Shown: positions 62,892 through 64,000 of the stretch, one piece after another
How the letters are laid out: the number at the start of each line of letters is the position of its first letter
Position numbering within the stretch: the first letter of the stretch is position 1
Source of the DNA: Dendrobates tinctorius
Lineage: Eukaryota
Direction of reading: 5' to 3'
Length of the DNA: 64,000 bases
Assembly: GCF_039654945.1 (NCBI RefSeq)
Contig: NW_027361910.1
Span: forward strand, 1,550,001-1,614,000
Translations under genes and position numbers: made by a program
Notes under the pieces: generated by a model
The model's database searches: none
What the model was told of the DNA's origin: nothing
What the model saw: the letters and a program-made list of their open reading frames with translations, nothing else

Positions 62892-64000
62892 GATATACAA
62901 ACTGCAACATAAAATAAAATCATTAGACGATTTGGTAACAAGAGCTTCATTTGTAGAAAGCCAACACAATAATCAATAAAAGTATTACTCTAAAAAACAC
63001 CTTGCATGGTACTATTGAAATACATACCTGGCAAACAGAGTTGTTCTTTGATGAATAAAATGAATCCACTAATAAAAGCGCAATAGCGATTGCAATAGGG
63101 ACGCCGAAGCAACTGCGTTGTGAAAGCCGTTTAAATATTAACGCTGTAGCGACTCACACTGGAACGTTGAAGCCAAACCGGTTAACATCCACTATGCATG
63201 GGAACAAAGTGTTGAATGAGGCGCTCCAGCGTTGTCTTTTATACCTTTGTCAGATACATTTCGCACATTGTGAGTGCTGTAAAGACCAATAGGGCAGAGG
63301 AGGCGTGGCCGGTAAGTCACGCCTGTGTCGCTGAGCCATGCGTCGCTATCGACGTCGCTCGTCGTTTTTAAGCTTCAAACACAACGATAATTACTGGACA
63401 GCGGGACGCCAGCGATGGAAAAATGTACCTGCACATTCGAGCACGATCAGCGATAGCCGACGGGGGGTCCGGTCGCCGCTACATTTCACACTTAGCGAGA
63501 TCGCTAGCGTGATCGCTGTCGCGTCACAATATCGGTGACGCTTGAGCGATATCACTAGCGATCTCGCTTAGTGTAAAAACCCCTTTAGTCAAACTCTCTC
63601 ACTACCTGCTGTTTCAACATATCATACTGCTTGTATCTTGTACCGACCTCAGTCATTCACGTGGTCATCTTGTAATTCTATATTTTCCATACAAAGGCCA
63701 TTGCAGGAAAAATGTACAGCGAGCTGCTTCTTTAGATGTGCCATTGTTTCTGAAGCAGATTGTTGGGACGGCTAAAACCTCATAAATATAGTTTTATTTC
63801 TTTATTTCAAGCTTCTGGGAAAAGTAAGGAAAAGTAATCCTTTCTTTTATTGTTAGTTAGACCAATCTTTCAGTTGTACTTTTTTGTAGACATATAATTT
63901 TATAGGTATGCTGTAAACAGAGACATCCGAATATGGTCTTTAAGCGGTACAACAGTGGGGTTCAGCACAGCCTCTATTTGTCCCCCAGACTTGGAGATGG

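Larger units (their letters stand above)
51406..63584. mobile_element. Full-length three-gene PIF/Harbinger transposon (12.2 kb including satellite and L2)
   Basis: 19-bp TIRs AGGGCATTTTACACTAAGC / GCTTAGTGTAAAAACCCCT, TTA TSD (51403-51405, 63585-63587), transposase and Myb/SANT genes. Inserted into an LTR-like sequence starting ~51172. Confidence 0.93.

Overview
Repeat-saturated vertebrate DNA with no recognisable host gene and one assembly gap (36923-37061). The transposon repertoire suggests an anuran amphibian (inference). Almost all of it is nested transposable elements. Highlights: (1) A minus-strand LTR element (37668-42000) has a tRNA-Ala-like PBS and a PPT but no gag/pol. Its single long, twice-interrupted frame encodes coiled coils fused to an intronless fragile-X-family (FXR1/FXR2/FMR1) KH0+KH2+NES segment lacking KH1. 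(2) An ~11.9-kb near-perfect palindrome (19228-31109) is made of two complete head-to-head Penelope-like (Neptune-type) retroelements. They have identical 1023-aa RT/GIY-YIG ORFs, a 14-bp TSD, four hammerhead ribozyme motifs with a variant core, and a predicted 5'UTR intron. Two further PLE insertions with hammerheads lie nearby. (3) A 12.2-kb PIF/Harbinger transposon (51406-63584) has three genes: a transposase, a MADF gene, and a second five-exon Myb/SANT gene. A 146-bp satellite and a young L2 are parked in its introns. (4) An intact DD36E (Incomer-type) Tc1 element is present, along with CR1, Gypsy, Helitron, piggyBac-like and MITE remnants. All family assignments come from motif recognition by eye; no database search was run.
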